A stretch of DNA of 63,673 nucleotides, filler included, from Octopus bimaculoides (lineage: Eukaryota), in assembly GCF_001194135.2 (NCBI RefSeq). It is 11 parts of 11 records of this genome, joined end to end, with 100 filler letters (N's around TTAATTAATTAA, not from the genome) between each part and the next. Parts side by side here need not be neighbours in the genome. Positions count along the whole stretch, not along the records: positions 62,623 to 63,673 come from NC_069008.1; 10 more parts are not named here. One strand, 5' to 3'. The translations under genes and the position numbers were made by a program. Shown in pieces: positions 63,231 to 63,673 of the stretch (position 1 is the first letter of the stretch; every line of letters starts with the position of its first letter). A model generated the notes under the pieces. That model was not told where the DNA came from, made no database searches, and saw only the letters and a list, made by a program, of their open reading frames with translations.

Positions 63231-63523
63231 TGACCGCTTTTGTGTGTATGTATGTTTGTGTTAATGTTTAATGTATGTCTGCATTTAAAGTTTCATAGAA
63301 ACGTGTGTATGTATATGTGTTTGAGCTTTGTATGTATGTATGTATGTGTATGTTCTTACATTGCTATAGAAGTGTGTGTGTGTTTTTGTGCGTAAGTATA
63401 CATATGTATATATACATACATGCATATATATATATATATGTCTAAGCGTATTGGTATGTGCGAGCATGTATGTATATATGGATGTGTATATGTGTATCGA
63501 TTAGTATATTTGTATTTGTGTTT

Positions 63524-63568
<45 letters not shown>

Positions 63569-63673
63569 CTACGCCAATTTGGAACGACATCAAAGCCTCG
63601 GATCATACGACTCGAAAACTCTAGTGGAAGAATGATACGGCGTGTGACCAGCAGATGTCGCCCTAAGTTGGCG

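Overview
AT-rich, microsatellite-saturated animal genomic DNA, most likely an octopod cephalopod (inferred from the SINE, Penelope and R4 repeat types; no database check was possible). It is a draft assembly with many N gaps, ten of which are artificial 100-bp linkers (44 N + TTAATTAATTAA + 44 N). The only well-supported host coding sequence is two phase-compatible + strand exons (1886-2006, 7539-7663) of a RIG-I/Dicer-type SF2 helicase. The rest is intron or intergenic DNA filled with mostly defective mobile elements. DNA transposons: a mariner with both TIRs, carrying a nested Buster/Charlie hAT that itself carries an RTE-type tail; an internally deleted piggyBac; and a Helitron fragment. 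Retroelements: a Penelope-like 3' end (GIY-YIG, tRNA-like head, hammerhead ribozyme); several R4/Dong LINE pieces at (TAA)n arrays; CR1/L2 and RTE fragments; and four tRNA-derived SINE families. Best leads: (1) the tRNA-head plus hammerhead module behind the Penelope endonuclease, and a second orphan hammerhead; (2) two diverged, head-to-tail Tx1/L1-like ORF1 paralogs with no visible ORF2 between them; (3) a triple-C2H2 retro-fragment inserted into the (TA)n tract of a SINE; (4) a CpG-decay domain over the helicase gene body; (5) a 21-nt microexon candidate. No rRNA, true tRNA or CRISPR array is supported, and almost all ORFs in the supplied track are microsatellite or gap artefacts.
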